From: an uncultured virus (IMG/VR IMGVR_UViG_3300034520_000374)
Lineage: Duplodnaviria; Heunggongvirae; Uroviricota; Caudoviricetes
Virus record (IMG/VR): IMGVR_UViG_3300034520_000374
Reading direction: 5' to 3' (one strand)
Length of the DNA: 64,000 bases
Part shown: in pieces, positions 12,801-20,003 of the stretch
Layout: each line of letters begins with the position of its first letter
Position numbering within the stretch: position 1 is the first letter of the stretch
Notes under the pieces: generated by a model
The model's database searches: none
What the model was told of the DNA's origin: nothing
The model's input: the letters and a program-made list of their open reading frames with translations, nothing else
Made by a program: the position numbers and the translations under genes

Positions 12801-13673
12801 TTCCCGCTGTCACCTGATAAGAATAATATACCTATACTGCGGAATCAGACTATGAGGCCTGGGTACGATATACTTGCAAGCATAGCCACTATAGGTAACT
12901 ATCAGCGCGGTAAATTGCAAGTTGTGCCATACTATTACGCTTTGAACTTGACCAGCAATACGATAGTCCCTGTTGACGCTTACATGAACGCAAACGGCAA
13001 ATACGTGCCAATTAACATCTATGACTTAGTGAAGCCAGGTTGGGACAGCAGTCAGGTCTATCAGTATGTGCTGAACCTAGACTGGGTTGAGGAGGCACCT
13101 AGAAGAAACTACGATATGAACGAAAAAGCTCATACAGATGCGTTGGCTCAGATATATGAGGAACTTGTTATGACGCCTAACGCATCGGGTGAGCTTGAGG
13201 TAACAGGTAGGCGCGAGCTTGACAGACCTGTAGGTAAGTACTACAATCTCGGTACAGCTCAGTTATTAACACCAAATGGTAAAGCAAGAACATTCATAGG
13301 TTCCGAATACACTTATGGTCAGCTTATGAACCTTGAAGGCAAGATACCTGCAAGCGATTGGTGGTACGCTGGCCAGAGGTGGCATCTGAAATTCGGAGTG
13401 CCATCATCAACAGTATTCGTTGAGCATGGGAAACCTGTAACACCAGCTGAGATAGCAAAGATAGCCAATAGCGATACTGTGATACTGCTGAGCGTTGATA
13501 TACAGTCAATAGGTGACACTTACGTACTGAGATATACGCAGGAAGGCGATAATGGCTCAATAACTATAAACGGCAAGACTTATGTAATGCCAGGTACAAT
13601 ACCTCCAGTAGTTGCAGTCTATTCTGCAAACAGGACGTCGGCTCAGGACGTAGATATTAGAGGCACGCATTAA
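3879..13673 (+). CDS. Giant secreted modular adhesin-like protein (LamG-like, three glycine-rich ALK/LTK-like domains, PA14)
   Basis: Signal peptide ending AYA; three FxYTG...Y(T/L)xEVWGAxGG...GGKGGY domains; PA14-like YGEIYIPSDGMYTFGIDSDDAGDILIDG...WKKPGD; LamG-like AYFDFENG...FYLDNLKI. Confidence 0.8.
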   Translation: MRAAVTKLKKFIAFLVIINLLITMVPWQNTAYAASPVYQGLTVGSNATLSSDGYKLSSAGLIDISETIFEVGISRSPKTKVTGTKAKTNIVENYQTVMPVNANNTLYFMTSTLYNQIKSRWGKFVVSWYSAGTKTMECRGDVSALYRVKVLKDYTSTYKPAVAQDGKYYSTLKSKYDPNSIASLGNGQWKNLLDGDGTKGLELWSYILQQTSKGDPADWDIERRMNEYTRTLGWDLDKYTEWPDSLKWEVKLRYLDLMMMTYEMIPAEATIAKSDWAAAIDDYITGVGLDSKPVTIVITPDVAINPGDPLNDSTGAIIVRTPDFLNYAAGVEAMFFSNTEIFVNLLGSGEDAVALTGSVTPSDTTRTYNNYTLAVKKSIAMSPNFKRITDALDPSNAFSWGYSAMAKYRLSTSGGTVRWLTTTVAASYLDILQIQYPNQTTNIKKTISGFLLVPAPPLGALSLKITLNATPDNKVIDSTTLGTVIKLDVKCKADPVVLSAWQPYIDAARAQGKTFNVKLSITRSYNQGSATANYSPTDIISTGRTLSVDQFVELLNGNTGIEVMDDVSTYPSNPPSKHIFDYTVTMTATLNNGQSPPPSGSGTASDSASIIVEDPKLYMKYTSSPDAYAELKEGKPYNESFDAMSGVPTTETLYLGAGGSEFIVQIKLKYHTDGQATRTYKVHYDGGVPCEFMDGDTAKFPNGQTHSSYEERDFVSGSRSGCGNYATPPPPKPKTYSWTAASDGITRTVTEHYQLIPNTWTDHYYETRTDSEGNTYQVHVPSKCTSHWEYYYKYWVNEHEICGPCCQHVLPDVYDTWKQTITFDYLEIVDVHVWKIDQASINGMEEIVGNNTNSTDILAQNGDVTVKAKIVKGDPNIFYNIAALTNPSNPNTSSGGRLRYSVEPQQHDDVVYKMGPRTNKCDGEGATAAGNVRPNGGQGHVHPWATGIIYDNRGFPNEMDYHRQKTSTKTDYSNIADAKDTQTTEWKQFDTFRKTLNTATVVSDMLILQTSSGDQSVIYFEKKSNTVRCDQNFDKVTATKEDMWDNNPLSAAKWTDKQINIGSYNGKWDQPTQKYEGTGNKAQIHTVFDSAPGEKDPASVSTTYKAAYKYLTRPARPAQLFLYKDGVKQNIDNANKSYITGEAEVFWKNILNYPSADTAIYDTSYKALYGANGYVQKAPYSPNHGKVNDIVVHDPVSTEDAVVVGLEASRDQRSTLPAGSADDTINEANRLKVCPRDPALCEFRVLNCTYFKDVLLAYFDFENGAVNQVTGQTYTLPSGFTIENVNRFGTGKSLSAKGVRWSIPFADLYNSAAGLTKGLQYNPGLPIYVEADYYIPVPSGTGTMLASFYRYDMYLPAGSVNPTWNTGHGWERRANTDITNKNLKIGMQFDMSNLDRSKLFINGTEFTNYTRINNSDLITADLVGDKINIGSWNVSDRYPANFYLDNLKIIRKAGTTNHNETCYKSFMFHPDGLNAHVHTASCVNSKSADIIASLLQGKVVDGSTGKQDFGYTGTVQSFTAPATGTYTLEVWGAEGGKGYAGAPGGKGGYAKGAVQLQKGQTVYIYVGGKPTEVYGDSGNAGGWNGGGKGSSYYGSGAFGGGGGGATDIRTQRAASDTDWSSTLNSRIIVAGGGGGGGHYGKSNYIGGYGGGTSGGSAGGSGATQTSGYALGQGQSSNYSGHDLGAGGGGYYGGYASTTRDAGGGGGSGYIGGVQNGQLIAGNASMPAPGGGTETGHSGNGYARITWDIPGVQAVDWDAIKTLLGPAFNAVFNPQVLYNMTFGDGSLKGFRALYNCTLSVSGGQMIFNITGSDPQSELPVNNIEAPAVQQIRITFDNNTGGTVGQLFYKGATGSYTEANSVKWSMTANKAGQVVTLDMTKATGWTGDIKSLRFDFSDASSGQVKITKIEFIGFGSASGGTGMSGTWTFGYTGARQTWSAPGTGRYLLEVWGAEGGADNAAGGKGGYAKGEINLTSGQTLYIFVGGKGSDSGGHNGGWNGGGYAYGRGGGGGGMTFISTSSAATAAPSNQAVNGGSWNDSGVIIVAGGGGGAGGSSGGYGGYGGGTTGGTGGDGYGSPGTGGTQTSGGAGGSNYGTSGGHGYGGSNTAGSSSGGGGGGGGWYGGGGGGNDYTRYNDNDDSGGGGGSSYIGGVQNGQIIAGNASMPAPGGGTETGHSGNGYAKITGLVSALTITYTPPFNSGSSGSQIFNYTGSYQTFTAPVSGTYTFEVWGAQGGGNTDPSQGSRGGKGGYSRGEYYLNAGQTIYIYVGGQGREGYLSPSGGWNGGGNGSGTSSCYGYGGGGATDIRVGGQALSNRVIVAGGGGGADDTGTAAGTPGGTNDGSGGYGGGLTGGNALKDGVEAAGTGATQTSGYALGQGQASGTTSDSGGGGGGYYGGYATSFYNGGGGGGSGYIGGVQNGITIPGNQTMPSPSGGTEVGHSGNGCAKITWCPIDKTAILNALQANYALLPEMINGALVTEWVDITNWNDPTPGSTPGSKYANSASEFSQIFSYSNGAVYRGVSIITSAIAWHSAGKFPYEKPYYLPDSHYGWRAYGEIYIPSDGMYTFGIDSDDAGDILIDGNVVVSWYGAHGVAGSGGTPSFTHYASVNLTAGWHKFEARMQEWEGEDGIAVGWKKPGDTAFSIIPASQFRVYNPVFTCGGLPLNTHICNANCHEESVLMCSEPHHNGLHYDGSNDICWDACNNDANHAFYKPKVFTPGGQEIPNGKFINIDWPFRVYFPNIGDFYQGGRLGWSSLTTTRGKGFVDNMDTTKWTRAKRIKFGFNVIFTNPITGEKTLYRAGEWIDLPVATQIDRIEYDVDGNPVTIYKQGTGISYYDFYCVLANREAKSALIEYEVEAINCPGENDNKINETNRKRYSDFTALHGGYRTSYIDVVGRIGNFVIADTDDYRFSNFFKTPVSSDKWIVEGIVKEVYPDVPNLYIGWKKDIRGVDVSSATHWFDTYGTQKWLDKAPVQFPLSPDKNNIPILRNQTMRPGYDILASIATIGNYQRGKLQVVPYYYALNLTSNTIVPVDAYMNANGKYVPINIYDLVKPGWDSSQVYQYVLNLDWVEEAPRRNYDMNEKAHTDALAQIYEELVMTPNASGELEVTGRRELDRPVGKYYNLGTAQLLTPNGKARTFIGSEYTYGQLMNLEGKIPASDWWYAGQRWHLKFGVPSSTVFVEHGKPVTPAEIAKIANSDTVILLSVDIQSIGDTYVLRYTQEGDNGSITINGKTYVMPGTIPPVVAVYSANRTSAQDVDIRGTH
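8397..11222 (+). repeat. Three glycine-rich domain repeats inside the giant protein (about 8397-9115, 9648-10425, 10488-11222)
   Basis: Each ends in GGGGSxYIGGVQNG...GN(A/Q)(S/T)MPxPxGGTExGHSGNGxA(R/K)IT. Confidence 0.85.
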
Positions 13674-13682
13674 GGTGGTGAT

Positions 13683-14849
13683 GTGATGAGGAGCGTTATG
13701 GGTAGCAGGTTGCTAAGGGCAATGGCAGGGTTGCTCTTAGCAACCCTTTTTTCAACATTTATAGCTATTCCTGTGCATGCCGAGACAGTCAATGATGTTA
13801 GGGAGTTACTTGGCAGGCAGCGGATAGATGTTTCTGACCTTCAAAAAGAGTTAAATAAGCTAGCAAGAGAATATATAGTGTCCGATATGAATAATATAGC
13901 GTCACAGATGCACGAAATAGGTAAGCAGATACAGATTGACCCAGAATTTGAGGTAAAGAGGTTGGAGCTGGAAAGAAAGGTGCAGGCAAAATCGGAGCAG
14001 GTTTACGAGGCATTTATACAAAATAAACATATTGATGATGTGTTAGCATTAAAAACAGAGTTGGACAATTTAATGTTCCAGCTAAACAATATGAGAAAGG
14101 CTGGGTTCAGTGTAGAAATTGAGTATGTTCCTAATAAGTGGACCGAGAAGTATAAGGAGATACAGGAACTAGTAAGCAAGTATACAGATGATTTCGATAT
14201 TGGGCAAGTCGGGGCTCCTATGAAATTCCCTGTTGGTGGTGATTTTGAACTGACCTCGCCATATGGTCCTCGTGTTGACCCATTTGATGAAACAAAGATA
14301 CAGTTTCATCACGGCATAGATTTGGCTGCTGAGCAGGGGGTAAACGCTTTAGCTCAGTGGAACGGTATAGTGGTTAATGTGTATACTTCTCCGACATACG
14401 GTAATGTTGTTGAAATACAACACGGGAAAGCGATTAAAACACGGTATGCACATTTACTGAAGCCTCTAGTAAGTATGGGTGACAGAGTGTCACAGTATCA
14501 GCCTATAGGGTTAATAGGTTCAACTGGTAGGTCGACCGGACCACATCTTCATTTCGAGGTGTACGTTGACGGTCTTATAGCAAATCCATTGATGCTTTAC
14601 GGCAAGAAGGGTGTGAATCTACTACAAAGCTGGGCCGATAAGCATCCTAATAATTTAATTAATACTACAGAGATGACACGAGTTATGGACTATACATCAG
14701 ATAAGAATAGCAGTGGGTATAAGTATGGGTTTTACAATCCTCTGCCACCTAAGGAATTTCCATATACACCTAAGGATATTCCCAAGGGTGCCATAGTTCC
14801 AAAATTGCCAGCAGACTATAAGAGGCCAGAACCTGGAGTACTGCCCTAA
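13683..14849 (+). CDS. Secreted M23-family peptidoglycan endopeptidase with coiled coil
   Basis: Signal peptide (VHA); HHGIDLAA, YAHL and STGPHLHFEV motifs. Confidence 0.9.
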   Translation: MMRSVMGSRLLRAMAGLLLATLFSTFIAIPVHAETVNDVRELLGRQRIDVSDLQKELNKLAREYIVSDMNNIASQMHEIGKQIQIDPEFEVKRLELERKVQAKSEQVYEAFIQNKHIDDVLALKTELDNLMFQLNNMRKAGFSVEIEYVPNKWTEKYKEIQELVSKYTDDFDIGQVGAPMKFPVGGDFELTSPYGPRVDPFDETKIQFHHGIDLAAEQGVNALAQWNGIVVNVYTSPTYGNVVEIQHGKAIKTRYAHLLKPLVSMGDRVSQYQPIGLIGSTGRSTGPHLHFEVYVDGLIANPLMLYGKKGVNLLQSWADKHPNNLINTTEMTRVMDYTSDKNSSGYKYGFYNPLPPKEFPYTPKDIPKGAIVPKLPADYKRPEPGVLP

Positions 14850-14982
14850 TAACCTTAGGGCAATTTATTTTCGTCATAAAAATCGGCTTAAATTATATTA
14901 TAAGGTGTAAAAGGTAAAAGTTTCGAGCTTATAAACGACGAATATTATGTGCTTATACATCTTTTGGGAGGTTGGTGAATAC

Positions 14983-15510
14983 ATGGGGGTGAGCAGGAAG
15001 ATAGTCATAAGATATTCAATAATCATGATTTTGATTGCCTTTACAGGCATGGTTATATCTGGGTGTGGTAGGGGTGCCATTGAGAAATGCGTAGTGGTGA
15101 AAAGAGTGGTGGATGGAAATGACGTGTGGGAAGAGCGTGTAACATTCCCTGCAGGTACGAAAGCGTTGTATAAAAACGGCGAGAAAGAGCGGGATATATT
15201 TGGACTTCCAATAAAGGATGCAAAGGAAGTAATAAAGCTACCAGAAATAGCAACCAATGAGGCCGGTGTGGACATAGAAAAGGAAGAACCAGTACAAGCA
15301 ATAACTTGGAAGTCTGACCTCAAGAAAAGTGCATTGTACTTAAAATATTTACAGGACAATGGGTTCAAGCAGTTAAGGCGTATAGAAACGCCAGAATATA
15401 TAGAGGTTTACCTGGAGAAGGACGGAGTTACAAAGCGTGTAGTTGTATTCAATGATGTTATTATGATTGGTAATTTAGCCGTTAACAAGCTAGAAGAAAT
15501 CAAGTGGTAG
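14983..15510 (+). CDS. Putative lipoprotein (ORF track start 14947)
   Basis: Basic N-terminus, hydrophobic stretch and lipobox-like ISGC; ggagg RBS upstream of ATG 14983. Confidence 0.6.
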   Translation: MGVSRKIVIRYSIIMILIAFTGMVISGCGRGAIEKCVVVKRVVDGNDVWEERVTFPAGTKALYKNGEKERDIFGLPIKDAKEVIKLPEIATNEAGVDIEKEEPVQAITWKSDLKKSALYLKYLQDNGFKQLRRIETPEYIEVYLEKDGVTKRVVVFNDVIMIGNLAVNKLEEIKW

Positions 15511-15525
15511 GAGGGGTATCGAAGT

Positions 15526-16494
15526 ATGAAAAAGTTAATTAGGGCTCTAACAAAAAATAAGAAATTGCTTGTAGGAATTCTAATAGGTCTTATAGTTTTA
15601 GCTTTAGTAGCTGTAGGGACTCTTCAGGTGCTTGGTTTTAAGAAAGCATTAGCAGCTAAAGATGGCGAGATACAACAGTTAAAACAGACAATACAAAGCA
15701 TAGGGCAGCTAACGACGGTGTATGTCGTGAGGGCTGAGGTCCCGGCTGGCAAGGAAATAGTGGAGACTGACCTGCAGCCTGTAACAGTTCCTGTGTCTAT
15801 GGCTTCCAATGCAGTAACCGATTTGAATACGGTCAAAGGTAAGTACTACAAGACGAGTTTGACTCCTGGGTCTTTATTATTGGCTGATTTGGTCATGGAG
15901 GATAAGCTAGACCCATCAATGAGGTTGTATGACATAGTCACTGATGAAAATCCATTAGGGTTAAAACCTGGCACATATGTTGATGTTCGCATCTCAATGC
16001 CATTCGGCGAAGACTTCATAGCAATGTCTCACAAGAGGGTCTATGCGATAAATAACGGTATATTAAAGCTTGCAGTCAATGAGCAGGACATTCACACTTA
16101 CAATAGCATGCTCGTAGACAAAATTCTTTATCCAGGAACAAGAATTTACGCGGTTGAGTATCTTGAGCCTGGTTCTCAGCAACCAGCAAGTAAATATTAT
16201 CCTGTATCCAAGAATGTGTTAGCAATAGCGGAAAAAGACCCGAACTTACTGAGCGCTATCGAGCAAGACATGATAGCTCGCAGAACACAACTTGAAGCTA
16301 GTTTGAAGTCCATGATTAATCCTGAAATTGCCAATATAATCGAAAACGGCAAGCAGAAGATTACTCAAGCAATCAGCGAGTCCGATAAAGAGATACAGAG
16401 GAGATGGCAGCAGGAGGAAGCAGAGAGAAAAGCCCTTGAGGCTCAGCAGGCTGCTCAACAATCCGTTCAGCAACCTGCTCCACAAGGTAAATAA
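15526..16494 (+). CDS. cpaB: SAF-domain Flp/Tad pilus assembly protein, CpaB/RcpC-like
   Basis: N-terminal TM; VYVVRAEVPAGKEIVETDL...GKYYKTSLTPGSLL SAF pattern; LKPGTYVDVRI; next to CpaF. Confidence 0.7.
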   Translation: MKKLIRALTKNKKLLVGILIGLIVLALVAVGTLQVLGFKKALAAKDGEIQQLKQTIQSIGQLTTVYVVRAEVPAGKEIVETDLQPVTVPVSMASNAVTDLNTVKGKYYKTSLTPGSLLLADLVMEDKLDPSMRLYDIVTDENPLGLKPGTYVDVRISMPFGEDFIAMSHKRVYAINNGILKLAVNEQDIHTYNSMLVDKILYPGTRIYAVEYLEPGSQQPASKYYPVSKNVLAIAEKDPNLLSAIEQDMIARRTQLEASLKSMINPEIANIIENGKQKITQAISESDKEIQRRWQQEEAERKALEAQQAAQQSVQQPAPQGK

Positions 16495-16512
16495 TGAGGG
16501 GGTGGCTAATAA

Positions 16513-17103
16513 GTGCGTATAGTAGCTTTAACAGGAACAGTAGATAAGCGTATGCTAGTGTACCCAATTGCAAGGGCCCTTAGCATAGAAAGCAATGTGT
16601 GCATAGTATCAGATAATGGTGCATACAGAAGGTTGTTCAGTGAACGTGGGAACGAGGGCATGCTGGGCAGGGTAAAGATAGTGGTAGATATTTATGAAGA
16701 TAGCATGCTACCAAGGCTGGACGAGGTGGGGATTGGGTTTGATTACTTATTGGTTGACTCTAGTTTTGAGGTTCCTACAGATTCTGATTATATAATATAC
16801 TGCAGGGGTGTAAATAGGTCGTTATATCCTGATGATGAACTTAAGAAAATAGAGGATAAGCCTAATATTGAGGTCATCATTTCACCTGAGCCACCAGAAG
16901 AAAAAGGAGTGTTAGTTGTTAGGGTTGACGAGTCGGTATGCAGTTACGTTATGAAAATAGAGGAGAACAAGCAACTAATGGGTATTACCAATAAAAATTA
17001 TAACAAGCTACTGACAAAAATCTTCAGTCAAGCATTAGGAATACAAGAGTCAAGTTTATTCGAGTTATTATCCAGAAAAGATGGCATAGCATCACGAAAA
17101 TAA
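16513..17103 (+). CDS. Hypothetical protein in Tad-like operon, possibly a degenerate P-loop NTPase fold
   Basis: IVALTGTVDKR start, VCIVSD and FDYLLVD strands recall the ParA/MinD fold without a Walker A GKT. Confidence 0.45.
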   Translation: MRIVALTGTVDKRMLVYPIARALSIESNVCIVSDNGAYRRLFSERGNEGMLGRVKIVVDIYEDSMLPRLDEVGIGFDYLLVDSSFEVPTDSDYIIYCRGVNRSLYPDDELKKIEDKPNIEVIISPEPPEEKGVLVVRVDESVCSYVMKIEENKQLMGITNKNYNKLLTKIFSQALGIQESSLFELLSRKDGIASRK

Positions 17104-17115
17104 GGTGGTGAGATT

Positions 17116-17922
17116 GTGAATATTTCTGTTATATCACCCGGGTTTAGAAATGCTGGTAACACTACATTAGCTATATTGACTGGACTAGAGTTGGCACAGC
17201 GTGGGAAGCAGGTCTGCCTGACACATGTTAATTTCCTGTCATCTTCATTCTTCAATTACATGAACCTGTTGTTATATGAGGATAGGACGACTACTCCTTC
17301 GCAGATTGTCAAGCTAATAAGGGAAGGTGCATTGAATCCAGACGATATACACGATTATTGCAGGCAGGTAACAGATAACTTGGAGGTATTCAGCAATAAC
17401 TCTATGGCTCTAACCTCTGAAGATATGAAGTTAATGCTGGACTATATTTGCACGACATTCCCACACGAGTTTAAGGTGTTGGATGTAGACATAGATACGA
17501 CTAACTTAAGCGCGAATAAGCATGTACAGGAAGTATTAAAGTATTCTGACGCAGTGATTATTAATCTCAACCCATCAGTAGAGCAGCTCAACTACTTTAG
17601 GAGTAACGGTAAAGAGCTTTTAGATATCATAGGAGGACGCAAGGTTATTATTGTTATAAACAAGTATAACGATATTGCGTATTCGTTGAAGGAGATAATC
17701 GAGATAGCCGGTATAAAGAAGCTTGGTAAGAACCTCGTGGTCTTAAAATACAACCCGTGGATAGAGTGGGGAACAAACCACGGTAAAATAGCGGAAGTTT
17801 ACAAGAAGATAGCTGTAAAAGATAGGCGTGTAATTGATGTTTCCAAAGACCTGTCTTCTTTGGGAAGCAAGATTATGAAGATAAGGACGCTTTTGGATAA
17901 GAAGGCAGGTGGGAAGAAGTGA
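17116..17922 (+). CDS. ParA/MinD-like (CpaE/TadZ-like) protein with deviant Walker A
   Basis: ISVISPGFRNAGNTTLAILTGLELAQRGKQVCL; FKVLDVD; IIVINKY. Confidence 0.7.
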   Translation: MNISVISPGFRNAGNTTLAILTGLELAQRGKQVCLTHVNFLSSSFFNYMNLLLYEDRTTTPSQIVKLIREGALNPDDIHDYCRQVTDNLEVFSNNSMALTSEDMKLMLDYICTTFPHEFKVLDVDIDTTNLSANKHVQEVLKYSDAVIINLNPSVEQLNYFRSNGKELLDIIGGRKVIIVINKYNDIAYSLKEIIEIAGIKKLGKNLVVLKYNPWIEWGTNHGKIAEVYKKIAVKDRRVIDVSKDLSSLGSKIMKIRTLLDKKAGGKK

Positions 17923-19994
17923 TAAATACCATACTAATCTTTGCAAGCTTAGCAATACTAGCCGTTATAGTTGTAGCACTGTATTTTTCTTCCAAGAACC
18001 AAAAGGCGAGGAAAATAGAGGAAGATATCAATAGCTTTGAGAAAGTATTGGAAATTGTCAAAAATGAGATTGTCGACATTCTAAAGACTGACTATTCATT
18101 AAGCCTGTCTGATGAAGAATTCGAGAGGATGTATAAACGCAAGGCGAGGCTCAACGACGCATTAAAGAACTGTGTGTTTGGCATCGACTCAGCCAAGATT
18201 ATCGTTATAGACCTTATCAGGAGCATATTAGTTGAGAGGGTTCCACCAGAAAGGGTATCTTGGTTGCTCGGGCTACAGGAAGGCATGGAGCCTTCTAATC
18301 ACGTGAAGTTCGAGATTATAATGTATAAATACAAGAAGAGATACGGTAAGAGGGCGTTGGCGGAGTGGATTGAGAAGTATGACCTTGCAAGAGAAAAGCC
18401 TGCAACGAATCAGGACAGACAGCAGGACGTAGCTTACTATATAACCGAAGAAGAACTTACCGCAACATACAGGAAGGAGAACTTCGAGTTAAGTATAGAT
18501 GAGCAGTACGATGTGCTTGCAACGTTAGTTTATCAACAGTATAAAGGGTTTGGTATTTTAGATACTTTACGTGAAATGGATATCAACGGGTTTAACTGTG
18601 GTACCAGCGGTTCCATATTATCGGTGGCAAACAAGTTAGCGCAGGGGAAATTCAAGGCTAACAAATCGGTTTGGTTGTATTACCAAGGTAAATATATCCA
18701 TCTTAGGTTCATGGACTTTGGGACAGAAGAGGAGCTTAAAAGAATTATACAGTTACTCATCAGGTATGGCAATCCTGGTCCTCTAACAGCTAAAAGAGGC
18801 TACCTTGTAAATACAATGTATGACAAGTCTCGTATCCTTGCATTGAGGCCACCAGCATCGGAATACTGGGCGGTGTTTGTTCGTAAATTTACTCTATCGG
18901 ATGTGTCTCCTGAGGCATTAATAATCAAGCCATACACGAAACGTGGAGAATTACCAGTCCAGTTAATTGAGTTCTTAATGAGAGGTCAGATAACCTGCGC
19001 GGTAACAGGTAGGCAAGGTTCTGGTAAAACGACATTGATGAGTTCAATAATTCGTTATATAGACCCTCGTTACACAATCCGTGTTCTGGAAATGGCACCT
19101 GAGTTGTATTTAAGGGAACTTTATCCTACGCGTAACATCCTATCGGTGCAGGAAACAGCTACAGTAACGGCTGCTGAACTGCAGGACGCATTAAAGAAAT
19201 CAGACGCAGCGGTATCAATCGTCGGTGAGGTTGCTACTGACGCAGTAGCAGCTCGTATGATTCAGATGGGTCAAGTAGCTTCACTCTTTACGATATTCTC
19301 GCACCACGCAAATACTGCGAAGGACTTGGTGCTTGCATTGAGAAACTCGCTTGTAAACTCTGGCGCATTCAACAACATGCAAGTAGCCGAGAAGCAGGTT
19401 CTCGATGTCGTTAAAGTAGACATTCACTTGGATTATACACCTGATGGTAAGCGTTACATCGAAAGGATTACCGAAATAGTCCCACTGCCTGAAGGTGTCC
19501 CATATCCTGAATATGACCCGAATGACCCTGTGAACTCAATAAACCGCATAACAAAGGAGTACTATCAGAGGACAACCGATAGAATAGGGTTTTATACTCA
19601 TGATATATTAAGGTATGACCTTGAGACTCATACTTATTATACAGTAGACAGGTTTAGTCAAGAGCTAGAACAGCGAATCAAGCGTAATCTGGGTAAGGAA
19701 CTTAGGGTACTGTTCGAGTACTTTATGTTAAAAGAGTGGGACTTAAGTAATAGCAATATACCTGAAGGCGAAAGGGCACAAAAAGAGAAAGAGCTTAAGG
19801 AGCTTGAGGCTTATGTCGAGAAGTACCAGAGGAATGTAAGTTCAACTCCTGTTGATTTGATTTCTAATATTATAGAGTCTAAGGACGGAAGGACTATAGA
19901 GGAAGAGGCTCAGGAAAAAGCCCTATGGGCAGAGGGATATAAGGATGGCGTCGAACTACGGGACGAGTTTACACTGAGTCTGTTTGATGAGTAG
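17919..19994 (+). CDS. cpaF: CpaF/TadA-family (VirB11-like) pilus assembly ATPase with N-terminal TM
   Basis: Walker A GRQGSGKTT, VLEMAPEL, SIVGEV, FSHHANT His box, GKRYIERITEI. Confidence 0.85.
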   Translation: MINTILIFASLAILAVIVVALYFSSKNQKARKIEEDINSFEKVLEIVKNEIVDILKTDYSLSLSDEEFERMYKRKARLNDALKNCVFGIDSAKIIVIDLIRSILVERVPPERVSWLLGLQEGMEPSNHVKFEIIMYKYKKRYGKRALAEWIEKYDLAREKPATNQDRQQDVAYYITEEELTATYRKENFELSIDEQYDVLATLVYQQYKGFGILDTLREMDINGFNCGTSGSILSVANKLAQGKFKANKSVWLYYQGKYIHLRFMDFGTEEELKRIIQLLIRYGNPGPLTAKRGYLVNTMYDKSRILALRPPASEYWAVFVRKFTLSDVSPEALIIKPYTKRGELPVQLIEFLMRGQITCAVTGRQGSGKTTLMSSIIRYIDPRYTIRVLEMAPELYLRELYPTRNILSVQETATVTAAELQDALKKSDAAVSIVGEVATDAVAARMIQMGQVASLFTIFSHHANTAKDLVLALRNSLVNSGAFNNMQVAEKQVLDVVKVDIHLDYTPDGKRYIERITEIVPLPEGVPYPEYDPNDPVNSINRITKEYYQRTTDRIGFYTHDILRYDLETHTYYTVDRFSQELEQRIKRNLGKELRVLFEYFMLKEWDLSNSNIPEGERAQKEKELKELEAYVEKYQRNVSSTPVDLISNIIESKDGRTIEEEAQEKALWAEGYKDGVELRDEFTLSLFDE

Positions 19995-20003
19995 TAAGGT
20001 GAG

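Noticed and set aside
3879..13673. Giant protein as a phage tail fibre or tape measure
   Set aside because: It has a Sec-type signal peptide and sits among pilus genes; no tail, baseplate or capsid genes nearby
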